Part shown: positions 26,701 through 42,634 of the stretch, one piece after another | Numbering within the stretch: position 1 is the first letter of the stretch | Layout: every line of letters begins with the position of its first letter | DNA from: the human T2T-CHM13v2.0 reference genome, Homo sapiens | Direction: 5' to 3' (one strand) | Assembly (NCBI RefSeq): GCF_009914755.1 | Contig: NC_060927.1 | DNA: 64,000 bases | Position numbers and translations under genes: made by a program | Notes under the pieces: generated by a model | Told to the model about the DNA's origin: nothing | Database searches by the model: none | The model's input: the letters and a program-made list of their open reading frames with translations, nothing else

Positions 26701-28049
26701 AACCAACCTATGACCCTGTGAGCGAGGACCAAGACCCCTTGTCCAGCGACTTCAAGAGGCTGGGCCTGCGGAAGCCAGGCCTGCCCCGAGGGCTGTGGCT
26801 GGCGAAGCCCTCGGCGCGGGTGCCGGGCACCAAGGCCAGCCGAGGCAGCGGGGCTGAGGTCACGCTCATCGACTTCGGTGAGGAGCCCGTGGTCCCGGCC
26901 CTACGGCCCTGCGCGCCCTCCCTGGCGCAGCTGGCCATGGACGCCTGCTCCCTGCTGGACGAGACCCCGCCTCAGAGCCCCACGCGGGCACTGCCCCGGC
27001 CCCTGCACCCCACGCCTGTGGTGGACTGGGACGCACGCCCGCTGCCCCCCCCGCCCGCCTATGACGACGTGGCCCAGGATGAGGATGACTTTGAGATCTG
27101 CTCCATCAACAGCACCCTCGTGGGCGCGGGGGTCCCTGCCGGGCCCAGCCAGGGCCAGACCAACTACGCCTTTGTGCCTGAGCAGGCGCGGCCGCCCCCT
27201 CCCCTGGAGGACAACCTGTTCCTCCCACCCCAGGGTGGGGGCAAGCCGCCCAGCTCCGCACAGACCGCAGAGATCTTCCAGGCGCTACAGCAGGAGTGCA
27301 TGAGGCAACTGCAGGCTCCGGCCGGCTCCCCGGCCCCCTCTCCCAGCCCGGGGGGTGACGACAAGCCCCAGGTGCCTCCTCGGGTACCCATCCCCCCTCG
27401 GCCCACGCGCCCACACGTCCAGCTGTCTCCAGCCCCCCCGGGCGAGGAGGAGACCAGCCAGTGGCCTGGACCTGCCTCCCCTCCCCGGGTGCCTCCGCGG
27501 GAGCCCCTGTCCCCTCAAGGCTCGAGGACACCCAGCCCCCTGGTACCACCTGGCAGCTCCCCGCTGCCACCCCGGCTCTCAAGCTCACCTGGGAAGACCA
27601 TGCCCACCACCCAGAGCTTTGCCTCAGACCCCAAGTACGCCACCCCCCAGGTGATCCAGGCCCCTGGCCCGCGGGCTGGTCCCTGCATCCTGCCCATCGT
27701 CCGGGATGGCAAGAAGGTCAGCAGCACCCACTATTACTTGCTGCCCGAGCGACCATCCTACCTGGAGCGCTACCAGCGCTTCCTGCGTGAGGCCCAGAGC
27801 CCCGAGGAGCCTACCCCCCTGCCTGTGCCTCTGCTGCTGCCCCCACCCAGCACCCCAGCCCCCGCCGCCCCCACGGCCACCGTGCGGCCGATGCCCCAGG
27901 CTGCCTTGGACCCCAAGGCCAACTTCTCCACCAACAACAGCAACCCAGGGGCCCGGCCACCACCCCCGAGGGCCACTGCTCGGCTGCCACAGAGGGGCTG
28001 CCCTGGCGATGGGCCAGAGGCGGGCCGGCCAGCAGACAAGATCCAGATG
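26701..28049 (+). CDS. TNK2: TNK2 exon 13 (clathrin box LIDF, PPAY motif, Mig6-homology region, proline-rich)
   Basis: tcacag|AA...ATG|gtgagc; 1349 nt within the 626-aa ORF; [27 protein letters not shown]. Confidence 0.98.
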
Positions 28050-28151
28050 GTGAGCACCCAGCCTGGCTGTGGGCGAAGCGGGGCAGGGCCCAAGGGGCCT
28101 GGAGCAGTGGGCCCTAGTGGTGCTGACAGGGGTGGGTGTGCCCAGCTGCAG

Positions 28152-28241
28152 GCCATGGTGCATGGGGTGACCACAGAGGAGTGCCAGGCGGCCCTGCAGT
28201 GCCACGGCTGGAGCGTGCAGAGGGCTGCCCAGTATCTGAAG
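28152..28241 (+). CDS. TNK2: TNK2 exon 14 (UBA region; alternative acceptor at 28146 adds LQ)
   Basis: cccag|ctgcag|GCC...AAG|gtaccg; 90 nt, phase 0/0; [30 protein letters not shown]. Confidence 0.93.
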
Positions 28242-28393
28242 GTACCGCCACCTCCTGCTCACTCTGGCTCTCAGGGACCCTGAAGCCTGGTTCTGCTGCC
28301 CCCAGCCCCACGCCCCCTGGCTCCGACTCCCCTCTTCCCCACCCTAGTCGGTGCCCTGGGCCCGCGTGTCCATGGCGCCACCCTTACCCCCAG

Positions 28394-28521
28394 GTGGAGC
28401 AGCTCTTCGGGCTGGGTCTGCGGCCCAGAGGGGAGTGCCACAAAGTGCTGGAGATGTTCGACTGGAACCTGGAGCAGGCCGGCTGCCACCTTCTGGGCTC
28501 CTGGGGCCCTGCCCACCACAA
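28394..28521 (+). CDS. TNK2: TNK2 exon 15 (UBA region)
   Basis: ccccag|GTG...AA|gtgagt; 128 nt; [42 protein letters not shown]. Confidence 0.95.
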
Positions 28522-28908
28522 GTGAGTGAGCCCCACAGTCTGCCCCGCTCCGTGCCCCAGGAGGGCTGTCCCAGAGCCTGCCACACTGGGAGGAAGCCCA
28601 ACAGCTCGCAGGCCGCTCCCGGCCAGGGAGACACAGCTCTCCAGCTGCGGGAGGGAGGCGCTCACAGGGCCCAGCAAATCGTTTTTCCTAAATGTGTTTA
28701 TTTGGACATTTTAGCCACTTGGTTTTCAAATGAGTACAAGAGGGAATTGGAGCCTCTCTGGTTGAAGGAGGCTTGCTTCCCTAGCACCTGCAGTGACCCT
28801 GAGCGGCTCCAGGAATGGCACTTTTTAGGACCCCATGATTTGCACACCTCTTTCTCACCTCTGTGTTTCCATATTTCTGTTTCAAGTAACATTTAAAATT
28901 TCAGTGTT

Positions 28909-29248
<340 letters not shown>

Positions 29249-29595
29249 TTATAGTTTAACAAAATATATAGACATTTAAAATATATACATATATAAACAC
29301 ACTTTATATATTATGTAAATATATATATGAGAGCGCTGTCAAGTCAAAAAGAAGTGAACTGAGGTCACATGGCTGGAGCCAGCACCATGGCAGGAGGCAC
29401 TGGCGGGAGGAGGGGCTGACACGGGCCAGGCCCTGGAGATACCTGCTGCCCTTGTCCCAGCACCGTGGCCCTGTGCACGGTGCGGAGTTTCTCCACATAT
29501 AAAGCGTGTAGATAATAGTGCTCACCCCGTGGAAGGGACTGGCGCGATGGATGGGGGACATGTCTGTCTTATTGCGCCCAGCACGCCTGGCGCCA

Positions 29596-31428
29596 GGATG
29601 CAGGCACTCCGTGTCACCTGTCTGTCCCATACTGTCTCGGGTGGTTCTTACTGATTTGCAGCTGGGATGCAGGCACTCCCTGTCACCTGTCTGTCCCATA
29701 CTGTCTCGGGTCGTTCTTAACTGATTTGCACCTGGGACGCAGGCACTCTGTGTCACCTGTCTGTCATTGTCTCGGGTGGTTCTTACTGATTTGCACCTGG
29801 GACGCAGGCATTCGCTGTCACCTGTCTGTCACTGTCTCGGGTGGTTCTTACTGATTTGCACCTGGGATGCAGGCACTCCGTGTCACTTGTCTGTCCCAGT
29901 CTCGGGTGGTTCTTACTGATTTGCACCTGGGATGCAGGCACTCGGTGTCACCTGTCTGTCCCATCCTGTCTCGGGTCATTCTTAACTGATTTGCACCCGG
30001 GACGCAGGCACTCTGTGTCACCTGTCTGTCACTGTCTCGGGTGGTTCTTACTGATTTGCACCCGGGACGCAGGCACTCGCTGTCACCTGTCTGTCACTGT
30101 CTCGGGTGGTTCTTACTGATTTGCACCTGGGACGCAGGCACTCGCTGTCACCTGTCTGTCACTGTCTCAGGTGGTTCTTACTGATTTGCATCTGGGACGC
30201 AGGCACTCGCTGTCACCTGTCTGTCACTGTCTCGGGTGGTTCTTACTGATTTGCATCTGGGACGCAGGCACTCGCTGTCACCTGTCTGTCACTGTCTCGG
30301 GTGGTTCTTACTGATTTGCATCTGGGACGCAGGCACTCGCTGTCACCTGTCTGTCACTGTCTCGGGTGGTTCTTACTGATTTGCACCCGGGACGCAGGCA
30401 CTCCGTGTCACCTGTCTGTCACTGTCTCGGGTGGTTCTTACTGATTTGCACCCGGGACGCAGGCACTCGCTGTCACCTGTCTGTCACTGTCTCGGGTGGT
30501 TCTTACTGATTTGCACCCGGGACGCAGGCACTCGCTGTCACCTGTCTGTCACTGTCTCGGGTGGTTCTTACTGATTTGCACCTGGGACGCAGGCACTCGC
30601 TGTCACCTGTCTGTCACTGTCTCAGGTGGTTCTTACTGATTTGCATCTGGGACGCAGGCACTCGCTGTCACCTGTCTGTCACTGTCTCGGGTGGTTCTTA
30701 CTGATTTGCATCTGGGACGCAGGCACTCGCTGTCACCTGTCTGTCACTGTCTCGGGTGGTTCTTACTGATTTGCACCTGGGACGCAGGCACTCCGTGTCA
30801 CCTGTCTGTCACTGTCTCGGGTGGTTCTTACTGATTTGCACCCGGGACGCAGGCACTCGCTGTCACCTGTCTGTCACTGTCTCGGGTGGTTCTTACTGAT
30901 TTGCATCTGGGATGCAGGCACTCCGTGTCACCTGTCTGTCACTGTCTCGGGTGGTTCTTACTGATTTGCACCCGGGACGCAGGCACTTGCTGTCACCTGT
31001 CTGTCACTGTCTCGGGTGTTTCTTACTGATTTGCACCTGGGACGCAGGCACTCCGTGTCACCTGTCTGTCACTGTCTCGGGTGGTTCTTACTGATTTGCA
31101 CCTGGGACGCAGGCACTCGCTGTCACCTGTCTGTCACTGTCTCGGGTGGTTCTTACTGATTTGCATCTGGGACGCAGGCACTCGCTGTCACCTGTCTGTC
31201 ACTGTCTCGGGTGGTTCTTACTGATTTGCATCTGGGATGCAGGCACTCCGTGTCACCTGTCTGTCACTGTCTCGGGTGGTTCTTACTGATTTGCATCTAG
31301 GATGCAGGCACTCCGTGTCACCTGTCTGTCGCTGTCTGGGGTGGTTCTTACTGATTTGCAGCTGGGATGCAGGCACTCCGTGTCACCTGTCTGTCGCTGT
31401 CTCGGGTGGTTCTTACTGATTTGCATCC
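29596..31428. repeat. 65-bp VNTR, about 28 copies (last intron)
   Basis: Unit GCAGGCACTCGCTGTCACCTGTCTGTCACTGTCTCGGGTGGTTCTTACTGATTTGCA(C/T)C(C/T)GGGAC. Confidence 0.97.
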
Positions 31429-31677
31429 ACATAGGCTTTGGGCTCTATCCCACCTGTCGTCTTCGGATTCTCTAATACGCAGGAGTGCTCTTCTGTTAGT
31501 TTACTCATAGTTTATTAAAGTACAGAGAAAAGACATCCAGGATGATAAATTTTACAGTCCTTGCCGGGGACTGCCAGCTTCCAGTGGTGTTGCCTGGCAC
31601 CAGTGTGACCCCCGGTGCCTGCCCCGCTGAACCTTCTGTAAACTGTTTAACTGTGCTGGTGGTTTCCCATTCTCTAG

Positions 31678-31684
31678 GCGCTGA
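31678..31684 (+). CDS. TNK2: TNK2 last exon coding part (G CGC TGA: ...KR-stop)
   Basis: ctctag|GCGCTGA. The total spliced CDS from 7454 without the cassette is 3117 nt = 1038 aa + stop. Confidence 0.92.
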
Positions 31685-32500
31685 GATGCGTCTGGAGAGC
31701 CAGAGGGCCTGCCTGAAGGAATCACCTGAGCCTGTCCGTCCACCAGGAGTGGGGAGATGCCCCCATCCAGTCCTGGAGGACCCGCTGCTCCTGCTGCTCC
31801 CGGGGATGGAGCAAGGCCAAGGCTGCGGGAGGCTGGGAGCCCTGCCCTGCCCATCCCTCCCGCACCAGCGCTGTCCCTGCACACTTTGGTTCAGTCCCGG
31901 TGCCCCTGCCAAGATGTGGAAGGGGCCGGGTGAAGACAGGCTTGAGGGCTGCCCCAGCAGGCTCTGGGTATGACCTGCCTCTGGCCCTGGTCCTGGGCGG
32001 GGCCTGTGGGTGGAGTAGTACCCCCAGGCCCTGCCCTGGGTGACAGACTGGGAGGAAACCAGGCTGGACCTGGGCAGGCGGGATGTGTTGGCCACAGGGA
32101 GAGGCGGACCGGCACCCGGTGGGACCTCCTAGGACTGGGCCTTCTTCCAGGGGGCCCCTGGCAGCAGCTGGGGTGTCGGGCAGAATGTGACTTGTGGCCT
32201 TACCATGGACTTGAATGGGACTTGGCTGGCCTCAGGATCTTGTGCCTGGAAATAGCCTGAGGTGGCTCAGGAAGCGGAGAAAGGGTGCCAGACCATTCTC
32301 TGGCGGGGACCAGGGCCCAAGGCCCCAGGGCTGGAAGGAGACCAAGGGGCAGCCGCCCTGGAGGGACATCAGTGCTTCCTCTTCCACCCAATTCCCCCAC
32401 GCGGTTCCATGTTTTCCCACCAGCCTGTTGGCGAAGTTGCTGCTCCGGCATTCAGTACCTGCTTCTTCCAGAGAAATAAAGTTAGTTTCTATTTTATGTT
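31685..32500 (+). other. TNK2: TNK2 3' UTR (end approximate)
   Basis: Lies between the stop codon and AATAAA, which is followed by a T/GT-rich element. Confidence 0.85.
32475..32480 (+). terminator. TNK2: Polyadenylation signal AATAAA of TNK2
   Basis: AATAAA followed by TTTCTATTTTATGTTACTTACTTGTG. Confidence 0.9.
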
Positions 32501-33055
32501 ACTTACTTGTGCCTGCCTGTTTCTTTGCCTGTTAGTCAGCAAGCTCCAGGCCCCAAGCGAGGCTCCCCAGGCCACCAGCATCTGCTCCGGGCAGCAGGCC
32601 TTGTAGCACCACCTGGAGGCAGCGGGAGGGCGCGCAGGCCTGGACACCGGGAGGCCTCTTCCCTTACACGGCCGGCAGCGGGGCCAGAGTCCCCGCCGGT
32701 CTGGTCAGTGACTTTCACACTGCCTGGATTTCACTTGCCGCGTGGACTTCTGTAAGGCAGGATATATACTGCAGGAGAGAGTACAGCAACCCAGTTAAAT
32801 AGAACCAAGCCAGAAATGTTAGCAACAAGGAACCCTTCAATATGTTAGGTATTTTAATTGCTTTTCTGAATAACTCATGTTCATACGGTTCAAAATTGAA
32901 AAGGCACTGAGGAGTGTACAGTGAAATGACTGGGTATCACCCACCACGGCCGTCCACTTCCCCAGCGCAGAGATGCCTGTATCACCAGTTTCTTGTGTAG
33001 TGCTTGTTTTTGTTTTTACTTAATAATATTTTGAAGAATTCCATAGCAATACTGA

Positions 33056-33199
<144 letters not shown>

Positions 33200-34054
33200 T
33201 AGCTGGGATTACAGGCACGTGCCACCACACCCAGCCAATTTTTGTATTTTTAGTAGAGATGGGGTTTCTCCATGTTGGCCAGGCTGGTCTCAAACTCTTG
33301 ACCTCAGGTGATCCGCCTGCCTCAGCCTCCCGAAGTGCTAGGATTATAGGCATGAGCCACCGCGCCCGGCTGGGCTTCCCCATTCTTTCGGGTTGCGTGG
33401 ATGCACGGGTGTACCATAACCTTAACTGGGTTCCTTTTGATGAAGGGCAATTTTAGTTGCATCCAGTCCTTCGCAATTACAACCATTGCCTCAGTAAATT
33501 GTGTATGTGGGCTGTTTTTCACTCGCACGTCAATCTGAAAGATGAGTTCCCAGCAGTGGGACTGCTAGGTCAAAGGGCGTGTGCCATGGCGGTGGGTGGT
33601 GCTGAACCTGCTCTCAGCGGAGGGACATTCTCAGTTGTCACACCACCTGTGCAAGGGAGCTTTCCATGTGTTAAGGAGTTTTCTGATCTTTGCCAGACTG
33701 ACTGGTAGAAAATAGTGTTTCTATAGTTTTAATATGCATTTCTCTTACGAATAAACTCAAAAATAAGTTGAGCCATTTGTATTTCCTTTTTAATGAGTTG
33801 CCTATTAATATCCTTGGCCCATTACAAAATGTTAGATTATTCATCGGTTTCTTACTGCTTTCCAGGAAATTACTGGATCAATCAAGGAAACTAGCTCTTT
33901 GAGCTTCACATATGATCATGTGAACTTTAGGAAAAGAGGTAAATCATAAGAAAGTAAGCTTAATGACTCGGGTTTATTGAAAACAAAACAGAGGCCATTC
34001 AGGGTGAGTCTGGGCCACGTGTGTGTCTGGCTGTAGGCTGGCCTTCGTGGGTAG

Positions 34055-34306
<252 letters not shown>

Positions 34307-35212
34307 TGAGTAGCTGGGACCACAGGCGCACACCACCACACCCGACTAATTTTTGGATTTTTAATTTTTGGATTTTTAGTAGAGATGGGGTTTCACCATA
34401 CTGGTCAGCCTGGTCTTGAACTCCTGACCTCATGATCCGCCCGCCTCGGCCTCCCAAAGTGCTGGGATTACAGGCGTGAGCCACCGCATCCAGCCAGAAC
34501 AAGTTCATATTAAGTGAGTGTTGAGCATTGCTGTTAGACCTGGATTTCATTCCTAGCTCTGTTTCGTCTTAGAAATGTTATTTCACCTTTCTGAGTCTGT
34601 AAACTGATGGAGTAATTCCTGCCTTATAGAAGGGTTGTGAGGACTGACTGAGGTTGTGAAGGTGAAACATTTTGCTTAGAGTATGGGCCACAGTCAGTTC
34701 CCACCAAACAGTAGTTATTATAAATGTTATTTCCCCGTGTTCCTGCCTGTTTCTATTAATCAATAGCTCACATTATACACTGACCACACTCTGCGCATAG
34801 AATTGTGTTTTACTTTTCTCATTTTCCTTCTGTTTCAGAAAGTTTATTCTTTTGCTCACAATTATCCTATTTATAGATCATAGGTGTTTTTACTTCATTT
34901 TAAAAAACACATCAATTTTTTGTAAGCAATCCAGATGTGTGTATGCTTTACAAGCATTTAAAAATCTGTTTCAGAGCCAACACATCCAGAAAGATTTTTG
35001 CAGGGGGCAGAGGATGTCAAAGCAGCTCGAGGTTTCTCAGGGGAGCAGGGAACCCAGTGTACTTTTCCTGCCAGACACACAGTTCCCTAAACCCTGGGTT
35101 TCCTGCTATGTTTTTCTTGCTTCTAATCGGCCTGCCAGCTTTTCCAGCATCTCCTGGGTTTACTGAAAAGATCTTAAGTTGGGAAGTTGAAACGCTGACC
35201 CAGGTGTGTTTG

Positions 35213-35357
35213 CCAACAGGCAGAATCAACAACAGGCAGAATCAACAACAGGGAGAATCAACAACGGAGAATCAACAACAGGGAGAATCGACAACAGGGA
35301 GAATCAACAACAGGCAGAATCAACAACAGGCAGAATCAACAACAGGGAGAATCAACT
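35213..35357. repeat. ~16-bp tandem repeat (CAACAACAGG(C/G)AGAAT), ~9 copies
   Basis: Direct reading. Confidence 0.92.
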
Positions 35358-37016
35358 CAGTGGGGAGGTGTCGGGTGCTTTTTGTGTGTGGAGCCCTGAT
35401 GAGGAAACACAAGCCAAGTAGAAACAGTCCGTGCCCCAGATGGGTCCACAGCCTTTGGGGGACTGTGACAGCATCATGGCAGGACGGGTGCTCTGTAATC
35501 GTTACGCACCAGGTGTCTTGGGAGCAGAGGAGGTGGCTCCCCACAAGGTCACGTTGTGCTGATGTGATGGGTGAGAACGGTGAACGCCAGGTAGGGACGA
35601 AAGCGCTGCAGGTGGAGGGCCCTGCAGCCGAGGCGGCGGGCACGAGCCGGCTTGTCCCAGGCACTGAAGTTGGCAAGGCCAGAGCGCATCCTTTTGTTGT
35701 TTTGGGGGTGGGTTAGAGGCGGCTCTCGTGATCCTGGCGCGTGAGGCAGGCCTGGATCATGAGGCTGCTGGTGTGGAATGCTGAGTTCTTTTGACTTTGT
35801 AGACAAAGGAAGACATCAGGAATAGCCAGAGGGGTAGTGGGGTTGCATCTGGGTGCTCAGGATGGGGCTGCTTGAAAGCGGCTGGCGGCTCCACTGCAGC
35901 CACAAAAGGAGGAAAGGCCTAGTGCGTCTCTCCCTGCGGACAAAAGGTTTCCTTAATTGGAAGCAAGTTCATTTGTACAGAAACTGCATTTGGAGGTTGG
36001 AGGAACCTCCAACTGCTGGAGTCTTTGTCGAGAGCAAGGGTTCTTGAAGGCCAGTCCAGGGCCGCTGCCGGTCTAGAGTTAAGTTTTCAGCCACCTGAGG
36101 TGAAATGATAAGAACTGCAGGACCGAGCTTTTCTTAAAATGAAATAGATTCCGTTTCAAGGACGGTCTTTATTTGGATGTGTCTTCCTGAGTTCTTGGTA
36201 CTGAAATGGCTGTTGTTGCGTAGTGGTGGTGGTGGTGGTGTTAGGAGGTAACTGTGTCCCCCGTGCCCTGTCAGGATGCCCCTCACCAATGACTGCTATT
36301 TTAATGATCCCCGAAGTCCATCTTGAGGACCCGGGGCCAGAGAGCTTTCGTGTTAGGCAGCACCACCTGTTGGCAAAATGTGGCATTGCAGGCCCTCTGG
36401 CTAAATTTCAGAGTGGGAGGGATGAGATTGTGTATTCATTGCCCAATAAATCAATTAATTCCAAATCTGCTGGCTCAAGCCCATGGGTGCTTAAAGGGAG
36501 TCAGCCCAGGGAAGCTGGGAGGGGAAGGAACTGGGTCGCCCGCCATCTGGAGCCAAACGGGGACCAGCCAGTATCTAAGGTCAGGAAAGGAGACGGGTGG
36601 AGGGCTCTGAAAAACACCACGCCTGCACCTGGGCCAGAAACCTGCGGCTCTGGGCTAGCTGGAGGGAAGCTGAGGGCTGGGAGAGCGGGCAGTCACTCTC
36701 CAGCAGAAGTCCTCGCATCACGTCACTCCATTTGGGAAGCCTCAGTTCCACTGTATTAAAAAAAAATGTTTTTATGATTGTTATACATGCTCTTTGTTGA
36801 CTTGGACCATTCAGAAGAGCGCAGTGAGAAAATTAAACACCCAGAAAGCCACTTAAAATTTTGATATATTCCACTTTTTTTTGTGCACATATATGTGTAT
36901 TACGGTTTTATAAAATAAGGTCATCCAGCATGCAGGGTTTCCTTAAGGTTTATTTTTATCTTTATTTTATTTGGTTTTTTGTTTGAATCAAGGTCACTCT
37001 CTGTCACCCAGGATGA

Positions 37017-37313
<297 letters not shown>

Positions 37314-37775
37314 TAAACACTACCTAGTTTTTATTCTGTGGATAAACTCCAGTTAACACATTTTGTTAATGTTTTTTATCTTGTAACTGTTCATTTATTT
37401 AGAGACAAGGTGTCCCTCTGTCTCCCAGGCTGGAGTGCAGTGGCTCCAGCTCAGCTCGGCTCACCGTACCTTGATCCTCCAGGCCCAAGGGATCCTCCCA
37501 CCTCAGCCTCCCAAGCTGTGAGAACTACAGGCAGGCGCCACTATACCCACATAGTTTTGTTCTTTTTTTTCTTTTTTCTGTAGAGATGAGATCTCACTAT
37601 GATGCCCAGGCTGGTCTCGAACTCCTGTGCTCAAGTGATCCACCCACCTCGGCCTCCCCAAAGTGTTGAGATTACAGGCGTCAGCCACCGCACCCAGCTG
37701 TAACAAATTGTTTTAATAAATAGTGCTAAAAGGTTTTCCAGAAATATTTGGCTCTCTTATTAAAATAAAACATAA

Positions 37776-38261
<486 letters not shown>

Positions 38262-38294
38262 TAAAATATATATATACATATATATACATACATA

Positions 38295-38326
<32 letters not shown>

Positions 38327-39347
38327 TGGAGTCTCACTCTGTCACTCAGGCTGGAGTGCAATGGTGCGATCTCGGCCCACCAGAACCTCTGCTTCCCGGG
38401 TTCAAGCGATCCTCCTGCCTCAGCCTCCGAGTAGCTGGGACTACAGGCGCCTGCCACCATGCCCGGCTAATTTTTGTATTTTTAGTAGAGATGGGGTTTC
38501 ACTCTGGTGGCCAGGCTGGTCTCACGAATTCCTGACCTCAGGTGACCCATCCGCCTAGGCCTCCCAAAGTGCTGGGATTACAGGCATGAGCCACCATGCC
38601 CAGAGGATTTTTATTTTATTTTATTATTTTATTTCATTTTTATTTATTTTATTTTTAGAGATGAGGTCTCACTATGTTGCCCAGGTTGGTCTTGAACTCT
38701 CGAGCTCAAGCAATCGTCCTGCCGCGGCCTCCCAGAGTGCCGGGATTCCAGGCTTGAGACACCACGCCCGGCCAAAATGCAGTAATTGTTTAAATGGAAG
38801 ACATACTGTCTGTGATGGCAAATCACTGGGTCCCCAGTCCCATGTCCTCCCCTGCCAGTATCAGAGAGGGCCCTGGAGCAGTGACCATCCCTGAGCCAGG
38901 GTGGCTCTGGAAGGACTCAGCCTGCAGGGAGCCCCGCTACTCCCTTCCCTTCTTGGCCTGCCAGCCGCCCACCCCGCTCACCCTCTCTCCCTTGGAACCT
39001 CAGGGCTCCTCATGGCCTTGGGAGTGAGGAGAATTGATCAGAGGAAAAGCCGTGTCGGGCCTAACCCGGGTCGGAGGTGGCGGCGCTACAGGCTTGAGCT
39101 TCTTTCAGAGGCCCAGGCAGCACTGTGTTTGGGGGAGTGGTTCGGCTGCCGAAGTCCGGGGTTACTAGCACTCTGTCTTGTCTGATAACGATGCTGTTTA
39201 ACCACAGCCTAGTCTGCAGGCAAGAAAGCTAACAGCTTCCTCTGTCTAATGTGCATTTATTTTTCTTTGTCTCAGTTACATACTTCCCATTTAGAATAAT
39301 TCTAATTCCTTTCTGTACTAGAAGTTTTGTTGTTGTTTTTGAGATAG

Positions 39348-39581
<234 letters not shown>

Positions 39582-40347
39582 TAGGATAACAGCCGTGAAC
39601 GACCGCACCCAGGCATTTTTCTTTTTAATTAAAACGATTTTTTTTTTCTGGAAGCTTCTGAGGTCGAAAAAGGAAAAAAGAAAAATAAAATTCTGCCCCC
39701 TCATAGAAGTTTTAAAATTTCAAATAATATCTTATGTCTAAGTATGTTATTAATCCATTCATCAACACATGTTTTCTACTTTCTATTGTGTACCTGGCAC
39801 TGTGCTGGGAGCCAGAGGGCAGTGATGAGCAAAGCAGGAACAGGTGAGCAGGTATGGAGGGCCTGACATCACACAAGCTGTCATTCCAACTGTCAGCCCT
39901 GTGCCAAAATAAAAGAATGGCTTTTTCCCCCCAAATAAAATGTTTACCTTGTTTGCCAAAAGAACATTCTCATTATAGAGCTTCTGGATAACCTCCCTCT
40001 CAGAGTGTTTCCCGGGGACTCCACCCAAGATGCTGCCCTAAGTGTCATGCAAAAGAGAACAACGGAACCTTCAGCTCATCCTGGCTCTTGAATCCAATCA
40101 CTGTTGCACAGCTTGGGGCTTCTCTCCTGTTGTGTGTATGTTTTTTAACGTGCTCACTTTATTATAGATTTGTAAATATTGAGCACATGTGCCAAAATAC
40201 TCTGTCATTCCCGTTTGGCTGGTTATAGAGATAGTTCCCATTTTTCTTCTATTATTCTTATTGCCAAAGAAACCTAACTGTGCTAAGTCTATTACTATTG
40301 AATCATCCCCTCTCAGTGCTTAGCATTTACTCTGGTGCATTCCTTGA

Positions 40348-40491
<144 letters not shown>

Positions 40492-40494
40492 TGA

Positions 40495-40680
<186 letters not shown>

Positions 40681-40819
40681 TGAGCAAAAGATTTGTTAAG
40701 CACACCTCTACACTCCTCCCTCCCTCCCTCCCTTCCTCCCTCCCTTCCTCCCTCCCTCCCTCCCTCCCTTCCTCCCTCCCTCCCTATCTTTCTGATAGGG
40801 TGTTGCTATTCTTGAGTAA

Positions 40820-41549
<730 letters not shown>

Positions 41550-42634
41550 TAGCCTTTTAATCTCTCAATGGCATCAGTTTCCTCGTCTTGAAATGGGGTT
41601 GAGAAATTGTGAGGAATTCAAAGCGTCAGAACTTCCAGCTGCGAGACCTTATTTCCTGTTCACTTTTGCTTCTTCCCTGCAGACCAAGTTGGAGGTGCGT
41701 CCTCCTTTTGCCAGACCTCCTCTTGTGCCTCTTGCTGTATGCAGAGCGTCGTGATGACAGTAAGAGAGAAACCACCAGTCCCCTCCCGGTGGGAGCTTGC
41801 ATCTGGGTGGGAGGGGCTCATAGAGGAGGCAGTTGAGGAAATGCGTAATGGTTGTGGGGCAGGGGTGGAGGTGAGGGGAGGCAGGCACAGCCAGACTGTG
41901 AGCCAGGCAGGACTGGGCAGATTTGGACATGGGTGGCCTCAGTGGCAGCAGCATCAAGGGTTCTGGGACCAAAGCCACTTGTTTTGGTGCTGGTCTCAGT
42001 GCCCTCCACCCACGTCCTCCAAACCCGAGGAGGCCTCGGGGCTGCCTGTGGAGGTCCATGGCCTGTGGCCCATTCTCATCTTGTGCCTCTCAGGCGAATT
42101 TTCTATTTGGGTTGTTGTATTTTTCAGTTCTAAAATTTTCATATTTCTTTTTAATATTTCATGTATCTGCCAAGATGATGTATCTTTTTGTTCACTTCAG
42201 TAGTGTTTGTTCTTACTCCTTGGAGCATGGTTATAACAGCTGCTTAACGTCTGTGATATTCCAACACCTGCCTCATCTTGGGATTGGCCTCAGTTGCTTG
42301 TCTTTCTCCTTGTGAGATGTGAGAGTTCTGTGGTTCTTTGTACGTTGAGTAGTTTTGGATTGTATCTTAGACTCTGTGAAGATGAAGTTATGAGATTCTG
42401 GGTCTTGTTTAAAGCCTGCAGAGAATGTTATTTTTGTTTGTCAGCAGGTTGGTTTTAGCAGGTAGTTGACTTAGGCTGAGACCCCAAGTTCCAGCGAGGG
42501 CAGCTCCAATGTCAGTTTTCAAGTCTCTGTATTTTGTGGTTGGGATCTGCCCCACACGTGCACAAACCAGTGGCCAGTCTGGGACCGGGGTGATAATCTA
42601 CCCACGGCTCAGTTCTCAGGGCCTTCGGTGTGCA

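Noticed and set aside
34937-35716. 259-aa ORF with Gln/Asn-rich repeats
   Set aside because: Spans the 16-bp tandem repeat, has a non-ATG start and no recognisable family.
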